The position numbers and the translations under genes were made by a program. This document shows, piece by piece, positions 26,136-34,721 of a stretch of DNA of 64,000 bases. Origin of the DNA: an uncultured Bacteroidales bacterium (GTDB taxonomy: Bacteria > Bacteroidota > Bacteroidia > Bacteroidales > P3); contig CAMHDJ010000007.1 of NCBI GenBank assembly GCA_946183915.1, positions 3,782 to 67,781 on the forward strand, read 5' to 3'. Below the pieces are notes generated by a model that was given only the letters and a program-made list of their open reading frames with translations, was not told the DNA's origin and ran no database searches. Each line of letters begins with the position of its first letter. The stretch's first letter is position 1.

Positions 26136-28328
26136 ATGAAACATTGCGCCATACCGATGCTGGTGCTGCTGGCACTGCTGGCCATCCCCCTGGCGGGACG
26201 GGCCCAGAGCCCTTATGCGATGACCAACATGGCGCGCGACTTCTGGGTGATGTTCCTGCCCAACACGGGCGGCACTCTCATGAGTCCGTTCGACGAGTGC
26301 TCGCTGGTCATCACGGGTCCCGACGACGCACGGGTGACGGTGACGAGCGGCGAGGACTCGGTGGCGATCGACTTCAGCGGCGGAGACCTCCTGAACCACC
26401 TCTGCGGCACCAACGAAGCGGTGCGGGGCCGGGCCTACCACGTCACCGCGACGGCCGACATCGCCCTCTATGCCCGCAACGCCACCAGCGGCAGCCACGA
26501 CGTGGCGATGATCATACCCACGTTTTGCCTCGGCACCAAGTACATAGCCCAGTCGGCCGCCGCCTCCCAGGGCGACACCGAGATGCTGGGCATCATAGCC
26601 ACCGAGGACAGCACGGTGGTCACCGTGCATCTGGTCAATCCCAACGGCGTGCCCATCCCGCCTGACGACATCGACGCCCCGGCCGACGGCCGGCTGCACA
26701 TACCCCTACAGCGGGGCGAAGCCTACATCGTCGGCACCCAGCAGCACCGCACCTTCGGCGCCTTCAGCGGCATGGAGGTCACCTCCAACGGGCGCCCCTT
26801 CGCCCTCTTCCAGGGCAACGGCGCGGCCCATGTGCCGACGGCCGACGAGTACCACGGCGGCCACCTCTACGAGCAGGCCGTCCCCTACAGCCAGTGGGGG
26901 CAGCTGCACCTGGTGGGGTGCGTCGGCGAGCAACAGAGCATCTACTACCTGATGACCTCGGCCGACGACGGCAACATGATCTTTTTCAACGCCTCGTCGC
27001 CCAACGGCCCCACAGGGCCGGTGATGGACCGGCTCCGCTCGCAGACCTACCAGATGCACCCCCACCCCTACAACGCCGCTTCGATTGCCACCACGGGCCG
27101 CATGGGCTTCACCCTGCTGCTGACCAGCTACGGCGCCAGCGGCTTCTGCGGAGGCCCCTCGTCGGTGATGCTGCCGTCGGTGGAGCACGGCGTGCAGCGC
27201 GCCTGGTTCACGGCCCAGATGTTCGACCCCTATCAGGAGAACCACCTCGTCATCTTCTGCGACACAGCCCTCGTCCACGGCCTGCGGCTGGACGGGGTGC
27301 CCATCAACGACAGCAGCACGTGGGACTACCTGCGCGTGCAGGCCTACCGCACCACCGTCGGCATCGGCGCCCACCGCCTGGAGGCGGACAGCGGCACCTT
27401 CGTGGCCTTCCTCTACGGCCTGCGCGACGGCTACATCGACAGCTACGCCAACCCCGTCGGCATGGCCCTCGACCCCTACCCGCGCGACACCCTGGTGCGC
27501 ACGGATACCACCTGCCGCTACGAGGCCTACCGCTGGGGCCCCTTCCACTGGGAGGAGGGCGCGCTGGCCGACACCGGCACCCTCCACCTGGAGCGCAAGG
27601 TCTACGACCCCGACACGGTGCACCTCTACCGCCTCACACTCTGTGTGTTGCCCGCCTACCGCAGCGAGGAGCGCTACACCCTGGTGCCGGGCGACACGCT
27701 GGCCATCGCCGACACGGTGCTCGCCACCCCGGGCACCTACACCTTCCGCTACCCCACCATCACCGGCTGCGACTCGGTGCTCACCGTGGTGATCGACCAC
27801 TGCACCGCCCCGGAGCCCTGCCTCGAGGTGAGCCGACCCTTCGTCGACTTCGACTACCCGGTGGTGACCTTCAGCGACCGCACCCCCGGCGACCACAGCG
27901 TCGAGTGGCGCTTCAGCGACGGCGAAGTCTATCGCAGCGCCTCCGTCAGGCGCCAGCTGCACCACCCACTGCCCGACACGCTGGGGGTGACCCTGCGCGT
28001 CTGCGACAGCGTGGGCTGCTGCGCCGACACCCTCGTCCGGCTGCCCTCGCGGGTGCGCTCGGCGTGGTTCCCCGACGTCTTCACCCCCGGCGAGGCCGAC
28101 AACCGCAGCTTCGGCTGCCTCACCACCGTCGACGCCGACCGCTACAGCCTCGACATCTACGACCGCCACGGCCAGCGCGTCTTCAGCACCGACCGCGTCG
28201 GCGACCGCTGGGACGGCACCCGCGACGGCCGCCCCTGCCCCCAGGGGGCCTACGTCTACCATTGGTTCATCGCCGACGCCTACGGCTTCCGCCAGAGCGG
28301 CACCGGCACGGTAACACTGCTGCGATAA
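26136..28328 (+). CDS. T9SS type-B cargo protein with an IgGFc-binding-like N-terminal module, PKD-like domain and gliding-motility-type C-terminal domain
   Basis: Signal peptide, then DFWVMFLPN and GGHLYEQAVPYSQWG motifs, a GCDSVLTVVI motif, and a C-terminal WFPDVFTPGEADNRSF...WDGT...GAYVYHW...GTVTLLR. Confidence 0.8.
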   Translation: MKHCAIPMLVLLALLAIPLAGRAQSPYAMTNMARDFWVMFLPNTGGTLMSPFDECSLVITGPDDARVTVTSGEDSVAIDFSGGDLLNHLCGTNEAVRGRAYHVTATADIALYARNATSGSHDVAMIIPTFCLGTKYIAQSAAASQGDTEMLGIIATEDSTVVTVHLVNPNGVPIPPDDIDAPADGRLHIPLQRGEAYIVGTQQHRTFGAFSGMEVTSNGRPFALFQGNGAAHVPTADEYHGGHLYEQAVPYSQWGQLHLVGCVGEQQSIYYLMTSADDGNMIFFNASSPNGPTGPVMDRLRSQTYQMHPHPYNAASIATTGRMGFTLLLTSYGASGFCGGPSSVMLPSVEHGVQRAWFTAQMFDPYQENHLVIFCDTALVHGLRLDGVPINDSSTWDYLRVQAYRTTVGIGAHRLEADSGTFVAFLYGLRDGYIDSYANPVGMALDPYPRDTLVRTDTTCRYEAYRWGPFHWEEGALADTGTLHLERKVYDPDTVHLYRLTLCVLPAYRSEERYTLVPGDTLAIADTVLATPGTYTFRYPTITGCDSVLTVVIDHCTAPEPCLEVSRPFVDFDYPVVTFSDRTPGDHSVEWRFSDGEVYRSASVRRQLHHPLPDTLGVTLRVCDSVGCCADTLVRLPSRVRSAWFPDVFTPGEADNRSFGCLTTVDADRYSLDIYDRHGQRVFSTDRVGDRWDGTRDGRPCPQGAYVYHWFIADAYGFRQSGTGTVTLLR

Positions 28329-28334
28329 AAAACA

Positions 28335-28366
28335 TTTGCCCACGTGAGTAAAAAATCGTATCTTTG
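28335..28366 (+). promoter_or_regulatory. Bacteroidota sigma-A promoter (-33 TTTG, 20 nt, -7 TATCTTTG)
   Basis: TTTG at 28335-28338 and TATCTTTG at 28359-28366, immediately upstream of the ATG at 28371. Confidence 0.55.
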
Positions 28367-28370
28367 CATC

Positions 28371-31300
28371 ATGAAACACATGGCGATATACCTGCTGCTG
28401 ACGCTGACGGCCTCGGTCACGATACAGGCCCAGACCGCCACAATGTGCCACACCATGACCAACCGTGGTAACGATTTCTGGTTCATGTTTCTGTACAACA
28501 TGAACATCTACAGCGATACGTGGGAAAGCCATCGCCAACTGATTGTATCTGGCGACCAAAGTGCCACGATCAATATTGTGGGACCTTCCGTTAACGAGAG
28601 CTTCAATCTCACTGGAAATAGTTACAATGACCAGCATGAATACGGGAACAACCAACTGATTGTTGCCACCCCCTATAATGGCGGCTACCACTTGACATCG
28701 TCGAATGACATTTATGCCTATACCCGCAACTACGTCTCCGGCACACACGACATCGCCACACTATTGCCAAGCTCGGCCCTGGACACCATTTACATTGTAC
28801 AAGATTTCCCTTCACAGCAGTACGGCGGCGAAGTTGGATTTGTCGCCACCGAGGACAACACCGTACTCTCCATGACCGTCCCCTGCAACATCAGCGGGAC
28901 AACCATCACCGCTGGCACAACATTGAACCCAGTGCTGCAACAGGGACAGGCTTATCTGCTGCTAGGTGTCGGTTCGCTGTCGAACATGGTAGTCACCTCC
29001 AACGGAAAACCCTTTGCAATGTTCCAAGGAGCGTGGAACCCTGCTGTTCCAGAGTATAGCGGCGGTCGTGACCACATGTATGAACAGGCGTTGCCAATCA
29101 AATACTGGGGAACTGACTTCATCGTACCCTGTGCTGCGGCACAAACCGGCAACAACTGCATTCGAATCACCGCTTCCGAGGACAACTGCACCGTTACACT
29201 TGACAGCATTAGCCAAGGGATCATCAATGCAGGGCAAACGCTGCAATTATATAAGCCTGCCTCCGGGATATATTCTATCCATACAAGCAAACCTGCAATG
29301 GTGGCGCTCTACCTCACCAGCTATGCTGTCAGCGGTGGCGACCCTGCCTCGGTCATCATTCCTCCTCTTGACCGTGGTGTGTGCGAAAGCCATTTTGTAC
29401 TGCACAACACCTCTGTCATCAATTCCCATTACGTTAACATTGTATGCGACAGTTCCTACAGCAATGGTTTACACTTCGATGGGAATCCGGTTCCCGCCAC
29501 GCCCACTACCCATGGGCGCTACAAGATATATCGCTTCTCCACAACGGCAGGCTACCATCAGATAGAGAATTCATCGGGTCCATTCGTTGCCTATGCGTAT
29601 GCTGTAGCTTACTATGAAGGCTGCGCCTTCCCGTTGGGCTTCGGATTGGACACCGTGGTACCGACGCCACCTGTTGTCAACCCCAACTGTTCGGAGAGGA
29701 CACTGACGAGCACCGACTTCTGGGTGACGTTCATCACCAACGGCACACTGTCCGAGACGCAGTTCTCGCTGCTCGTCACGGGGCTGGACGACGCCACGGT
29801 GAACGTCGTCAACCCCCGGACCGGATGGAGCACCAGCGCGACCCACACCGGCGGCAGCCAGACCCACATCACGCTGCCGTCGCCGGCCAGCCTCCCCTCG
29901 GCTTCGGCGGCCGACTTCGGCTTCCACGTCACCTCGACGGCCGACATCTCGCTCTTCGAGAGCAACTACCGGCCCGACTCGTGGGACCTCTGCTGCGTGA
30001 TTCCGACCGAGTATCTCTCCACGACCTACCTCGTGCAGGACTACCCGAACAACAGCAACTACCCGGGCGGTATGGCCCTGCTGGCCATCGAGGACGGCAC
30101 CACGCTCACCATGACGCTGCCCTGCACGGTGAACGGCCTCAGCCTGCCGGCGGGAAGCACCTACACCGTCAGCCTCAACGCGGGCCAGTCGCTGGCGTTG
30201 CACAGCCCCACAGGGCAGGCCTTCAGCGGCATGAGGGTCACCTCGAACGGCAAGCCCTTCGCCCTCTTCCAGGGCCACTCCTGCGCTCGCGTGGGCACCG
30301 ACGACGAGCAGCGCGGCCGCGACCACATGGTGGAGCAGGCCATACCGCTCGACTGGTGGGGGCAGGAGTTCGTGGTGGTGTCGGAGCAGGCCCGCACCGA
30401 GGGCGACCGCATCCGCATCACCGCGGCCACCGACAACAGCCACGTGCACATTGCGGAGGCCTCGGGCAACGTGGACGTGACCCTCCAGGCCGGCGAGACC
30501 CACGAGTACCACCTGCCGCCGCACTCGGCCGCCTACATCACCTCCGGCCATCCGGTCTACGTCTGCAAGTACCTCATCAGCTTCGACAAGTTCAACCCCA
30601 CGTCGCTCGGCGACCCCGCGTCGGTAGACATACCGCCGGTGCACAACTGGCTCTGCTCGACCACCTTCCCGGTCTACGACTGCAACACCGACCACAACAG
30701 CGAGCACTACATCCAGTCCGGGCACCACTACTTCGACCTGGTGACCACCGTCGACGCGATCCCGACCATGCAGCTCGACGGCACGACGCTCCCCGCCGCG
30801 GGTTTCACCTTCCTGGGCGGCACCCCCTACTGCTACTACCACGGCACCGTCAACCCCGGCGCCCACACGCTGAGCAACAACGCGGGCCCGTTCTACGCCA
30901 CCGTCTCCGCCCACAGCCGCTGGGTGGCCTACTCCTTCCTGACCGGCATGGCGCTGGAGCCCCTGCACCAGCAGCTGATACACGACACGGTGCACGTCGA
31001 CGACACCGTGTGCCAGGGCGAGCCCTACAGCCTCGACGCCGGCGGCATCGAGGGGCTCATCTTCATCCCGACCGACTCCACCGCCCAGCCCGGCACCCTC
31101 GAACGATGGGCCGACTGGGTGGAGGACGACACGCTGGTGCACCACATCCACCTGCTGCTCACCGTGCTGCCCGCGGCCACCGTCGACACCGCGGCCACCA
31201 TCATCCTGGGCGACACGCTCCTCTTCCAGACCGACACCCTGACGCGCGCCGGCGACTACACCTACCGCTTCACGGCCGCCAACGGGTGCGACTCGACCCT

Positions 31301-32075
31301 GACGCTGCACCTCGCCTACGAGTCCATCGCACTCACGGCCAGCGCCGACGGCCTCTGCCCGGGCGACTCGGCCATCCTCACCGCCAGCGGCGTCCACTAC
31401 GCCTGGTGGAGCGCCACGCCGCCCGACCCCGCCCTCGGCGCCCAGCAGGGGCAGACCGCCATCGTCGTGGCCCCGGACACCACCACCGTCTTCGCCCTCT
31501 GCGCCGACAGCACGAGCGGCCCGCTGGCCGTGATCACCGTCGGCGTCGAGCCCCCGCCCGCGCTCTGCGTCGAACTGAGCCGACCCTTCATCGACTTCGA
31601 CCACCCAGTGGTGATCTTCACCGACTGCAGCCAGGGCAGCGACCACTCGCTCTGGACCTTCAGCGACGGCTACACCATCGGCACCCCGCGGGCGCGCCGC
31701 CAGTTCCACCACCCGCTGCCCGACAGCGTCGAGGTGACCCTCCGCAGCTGCAACCAGTGGAACTGCTGCCGCGACACCACCTTCAGCATCGACTCGCGCA
31801 TCCGCTCCGTGTGGTTCCCCAACGTCTTCACCCCCGGCGGCGAGAGCAACCAGCGCTTCGGGGCCACCCTCTCGTTCGAGGCCGTGGAGTTCGAACTGCT
31901 GATCTTCAACCGGTTGGGACTGCTCATCTACCGCACCGACGACCCCGCCGCCACTTGGGACGGCACCCACGACGGCCGTCCGGTGCCGCAGGGGGCCTAC
32001 GTCTACCACTGGCACGTGCGCGACACCTACGACTACAACCATACGGGCATCGGCACCGTCACCCTCCTTCGCTGA
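28371..32075 (+). CDS. T9SS type-B cargo protein with two tandem IgGFc-binding-like modules (paralog of 26136..28328)
   Basis: Start MKHMAIYLLLTLTASVTIQAQ, chosen downstream of the promoter box (the ORF track starts at 28344). GNDFWFMF and TDFWVTFI module starts, DHMYEQALP and DHMVEQAIP motifs, GCDSTLTLHL, and a C-terminal WFPNVFTPGGESNQRF...GTVTLLR. Confidence 0.8.
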   Translation: MKHMAIYLLLTLTASVTIQAQTATMCHTMTNRGNDFWFMFLYNMNIYSDTWESHRQLIVSGDQSATINIVGPSVNESFNLTGNSYNDQHEYGNNQLIVATPYNGGYHLTSSNDIYAYTRNYVSGTHDIATLLPSSALDTIYIVQDFPSQQYGGEVGFVATEDNTVLSMTVPCNISGTTITAGTTLNPVLQQGQAYLLLGVGSLSNMVVTSNGKPFAMFQGAWNPAVPEYSGGRDHMYEQALPIKYWGTDFIVPCAAAQTGNNCIRITASEDNCTVTLDSISQGIINAGQTLQLYKPASGIYSIHTSKPAMVALYLTSYAVSGGDPASVIIPPLDRGVCESHFVLHNTSVINSHYVNIVCDSSYSNGLHFDGNPVPATPTTHGRYKIYRFSTTAGYHQIENSSGPFVAYAYAVAYYEGCAFPLGFGLDTVVPTPPVVNPNCSERTLTSTDFWVTFITNGTLSETQFSLLVTGLDDATVNVVNPRTGWSTSATHTGGSQTHITLPSPASLPSASAADFGFHVTSTADISLFESNYRPDSWDLCCVIPTEYLSTTYLVQDYPNNSNYPGGMALLAIEDGTTLTMTLPCTVNGLSLPAGSTYTVSLNAGQSLALHSPTGQAFSGMRVTSNGKPFALFQGHSCARVGTDDEQRGRDHMVEQAIPLDWWGQEFVVVSEQARTEGDRIRITAATDNSHVHIAEASGNVDVTLQAGETHEYHLPPHSAAYITSGHPVYVCKYLISFDKFNPTSLGDPASVDIPPVHNWLCSTTFPVYDCNTDHNSEHYIQSGHHYFDLVTTVDAIPTMQLDGTTLPAAGFTFLGGTPYCYYHGTVNPGAHTLSNNAGPFYATVSAHSRWVAYSFLTGMALEPLHQQLIHDTVHVDDTVCQGEPYSLDAGGIEGLIFIPTDSTAQPGTLERWADWVEDDTLVHHIHLLLTVLPAATVDTAATIILGDTLLFQTDTLTRAGDYTYRFTAANGCDSTLTLHLAYESIALTASADGLCPGDSAILTASGVHYAWWSATPPDPALGAQQGQTAIVVAPDTTTVFALCADSTSGPLAVITVGVEPPPALCVELSRPFIDFDHPVVIFTDCSQGSDHSLWTFSDGYTIGTPRARRQFHHPLPDSVEVTLRSCNQWNCCRDTTFSIDSRIRSVWFPNVFTPGGESNQRFGATLSFEAVEFELLIFNRLGLLIYRTDDPAATWDGTHDGRPVPQGAYVYHWHVRDTYDYNHTGIGTVTLLR

Positions 32076-32095
32076 CCCTTCCAACCCCCGTGAAA

Positions 32096-32299
32096 CCCTG
32101 CCTGCTCCCTGATGGCTCCCTGATGACTCCCTGATGACTCTCTTAAAACCAGGGTAAAATCCTTGCCCTGTCAGCGTTTTGCGAGTTTTCCAGCATGGTT
32201 TGCACACTTTCAAAGTGCTAGATGCCTCGTTCAGAATGTTTTAAAGGTGCAAATTAGATCGTGCACGATCTAATTTTTTGACTTAAATTAACTTAAATT
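32096..32299 (+). repeat. Dispersed repeat family, copy A (core with 26-bp palindrome at 32251-32276)
   Basis: About 200 bp collinear with 38938-39140, and with 57176-57372 in reverse. It starts with phased ccctgatggct ccctgatgact ccctgatgact and contains aaattagatcgtgcacgatctaattt. Confidence 0.85.
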
Positions 32300-32503
32300 G
32301 AAGAAAACGGCGAACCGTTCGCCGTTAAAATCTTTGTGTGGAACGGGCTGTTCTCCGTTTTGCCATCCTGCCGACACCTCTGCCTCCAACGGGGCCGCGG
32401 AGGGGCATGTTCCCGCTGCACCTTCGGGTGCCCTCGCCGGGGGATGCCTTCGCCATCCGCACATTTTTTTCGGCAAAAAGGCGTCCAATTCGAAAAAAAG
32501 TCG

Positions 32504-32511
32504 TATATTTG
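32504..32511 (+). promoter_or_regulatory. -7 box TATATTTG upstream of the S46 peptidase gene
   Basis: It matches TAnnTTTG, 48 nt before the ATG at 32559. Confidence 0.45.
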
Positions 32512-32558
32512 CACCTCGTTAGAAAAGGCGAAAAACAATAATAAAAACAAATAAAACA

Positions 32559-34721
32559 ATGAAAATTCGTACATTAGTGATTGCAATGGCCCTGATGGTG
32601 CTGGCACCGAGTGTGGCTCGCGCCGACGAGGGCATGTGGCTCCTGTCCCTGATCGGGAAGAACTACGACGACATGCGTCGTGCCGGCTTCCAGCTGACGC
32701 CGGAGGATATCTACAGTGTGAACCAAAGCTGCCTGAAAGACGCCATCGTAGGTCTGGGCAACGCCGGCAGCCCCTTCTGGCACTTCTGCACGGGCGAGAT
32801 CATCTCGTCGAAGGGCCTCATCTCCACCAACCACCACTGCGGCTACGGCAAGCTGCAGGAGCACTCGACCGTGGAGCACGACTACCTGCGCGATGGCTTC
32901 TGGGCCTACACCCTGGAGCAGGAGCTGCCCAACCCGGGCCTGACGGCCTCGATCCTGGTGAGGATGGAGGATGTGACCGCCCGCGTCAAGGAGAACCTCA
33001 GCGACGACATGAGCGAGGCCGACCGCGCCGCCGCCATCAAGAAGGTGTGCCGCGTGATCGAGGACGAGGCCACCGAGGGCACCCCCTATGCTGCCCAGGT
33101 GAAACCCATGTTCAACGGCAACCAGTTCTTCCTCTTTGTGCACATCATCTATCGCGACGTGCGCCTCGTGGGTGCTCCCCCGTCGTCGATGGGCAAGTTC
33201 GGCGGCGACACCGACAACTGGTCGTGGCCGCGTCACACGTGCGACTTCTCCCTCTTCCGCATCTACACCGCCCCCGACGGTAGCCCGGCCGACTACAGCA
33301 AGGACAACGTGCCCCTGCAGCCCAAGCACCACCTGCCCGTGAGCGCCGGCGAGATCAACGACGGCGACTTCGCCATGGTGATGGGCTTCCCCGGCACCAC
33401 CGACCACTTCCTCACCTCCTACGGCCTGGCCGAGACCATGGACGTCACCAACAAGCTCCGCTACGAGATCCGCACCGTGAAGATCAACATCCTGCGCGAA
33501 GAGATGGCCGCCGACCAGGCCACCCGCATCAAATACGCCTCCAAGTATGCCTCCTGCTCCAACTACTGGAAGTACAGCCACGAGCAGAACAAGGCCCTGA
33601 AGAACCTCAACACCATGGGCGTCAAGCAGCAGGTGGAGAAAGAATACAGCGACTGGGCCCGCTTCCAGAAGGCTCCGAAGTACAACGACGCCCTCGGACT
33701 GATCCGCCAGGGCTACGCCGCCCGCCGCGACGTGGAGGAGGCCCAGCAGTACCTCTACGAGGGCATCCTGGCCGGTGCCGAGGCACCGCTCTTCGCCGCC
33801 CGCCTGAGCCGCACCTTCGCCAAAGAGCTTGGCGAGGACAAGAAGGCCGACCTCAGCCGCTACCGTGGCTACATAGCCAACTTCTACAAGGACTATGACG
33901 AGCAGGTGGACCGCCGCCTGGCCGCCGCCCTCTTCGGCTACGTCTACTCGCACATGGATCCCGCCAAGTGCCCTGAGTTCCTCACCAAGGCCCAGAAGAA
34001 GTACAAAGGCGACTGGAACAAGTACGTCGACCAGCTCTACAAGGGCAGCATCTTCGCCAACGCCGAGGCGCTGGCCAAGTTCATGGAGAAACCCAACGCC
34101 AAGAAGGCCGAGAACGACCCGCTGGCCGCCGTGGGTAGCCAGGCCCTCGACTACTACCTCGCCCTCAACGCCGCCGTGCCCCAGCAGACCACCGACAACC
34201 TGCAGCGCGGCATTCGCGACTTCACCGACGGTATCCTCCAGATCAACGACGGCAAGAAACTCATGTCGCCCGATGCCAACTCCACCATCCGCCTCACCTA
34301 CGGCAACGTGATGAGCTACGACCCCAAGGACGGCGTCTCCTACCACTACTACACCACCATGGACGGCGTCATCCAGAAGGAAGACCCCGAGAACGCCGAG
34401 TTTGAGGTGCCCGCCCGCCTGAAAGAGCTCTACGCAGCCAAGAACTTCGGCCCCTACACCAATAAGAAGGGTGAGATGCCGGCCTGCTTCATCACCAACA
34501 ACGACATCACCGGTGGCAACAGCGGCTCGCCCGTCATCAACGGCAAGGGCGTCCTCATCGGCCTGGCATTCGACGGCAACAGCGAGGCCATGAGCGGCGA
34601 TATCGACTTCGAGGAGAACCTGCAGCGCTGCATCTGCCTCGACAGCCGCTACATGCTCTGGGTCATCGATATCTATGCCGGGGCCAAGAACCTCATCGAA
34701 GAAATGGACATTGTCCGATAA
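32559..34721 (+). CDS. S46-family dipeptidyl-peptidase (DPP7/DPP11-like)
   Basis: Signal peptide followed by the hallmark ADEGMWL. STNHHCGYG (catalytic His region) and TGGNSGSPVIN (catalytic Ser). Confidence 0.9.
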   Translation: MKIRTLVIAMALMVLAPSVARADEGMWLLSLIGKNYDDMRRAGFQLTPEDIYSVNQSCLKDAIVGLGNAGSPFWHFCTGEIISSKGLISTNHHCGYGKLQEHSTVEHDYLRDGFWAYTLEQELPNPGLTASILVRMEDVTARVKENLSDDMSEADRAAAIKKVCRVIEDEATEGTPYAAQVKPMFNGNQFFLFVHIIYRDVRLVGAPPSSMGKFGGDTDNWSWPRHTCDFSLFRIYTAPDGSPADYSKDNVPLQPKHHLPVSAGEINDGDFAMVMGFPGTTDHFLTSYGLAETMDVTNKLRYEIRTVKINILREEMAADQATRIKYASKYASCSNYWKYSHEQNKALKNLNTMGVKQQVEKEYSDWARFQKAPKYNDALGLIRQGYAARRDVEEAQQYLYEGILAGAEAPLFAARLSRTFAKELGEDKKADLSRYRGYIANFYKDYDEQVDRRLAAALFGYVYSHMDPAKCPEFLTKAQKKYKGDWNKYVDQLYKGSIFANAEALAKFMEKPNAKKAENDPLAAVGSQALDYYLALNAAVPQQTTDNLQRGIRDFTDGILQINDGKKLMSPDANSTIRLTYGNVMSYDPKDGVSYHYYTTMDGVIQKEDPENAEFEVPARLKELYAAKNFGPYTNKKGEMPACFITNNDITGGNSGSPVINGKGVLIGLAFDGNSEAMSGDIDFEENLQRCICLDSRYMLWVIDIYAGAKNLIEEMDIVR

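Noticed and set aside
29571-32213. 880-aa minus-strand ORF antisense to the T9SS type-B cargo gene. Similar long antisense ORFs occur at 26706..28748, 32574..34988, 21838..23892, 10467..12185, 39936..41651, 49705..52020, 57683..59605, 15848..16993 and 12489..13484.
   Set aside because: All mirror well-supported genes with recognisable motifs. They have Arg/Gly/Ala/Val/His-rich composition typical of stop-poor antisense frames in GC-rich DNA, so they are not counted as genes.
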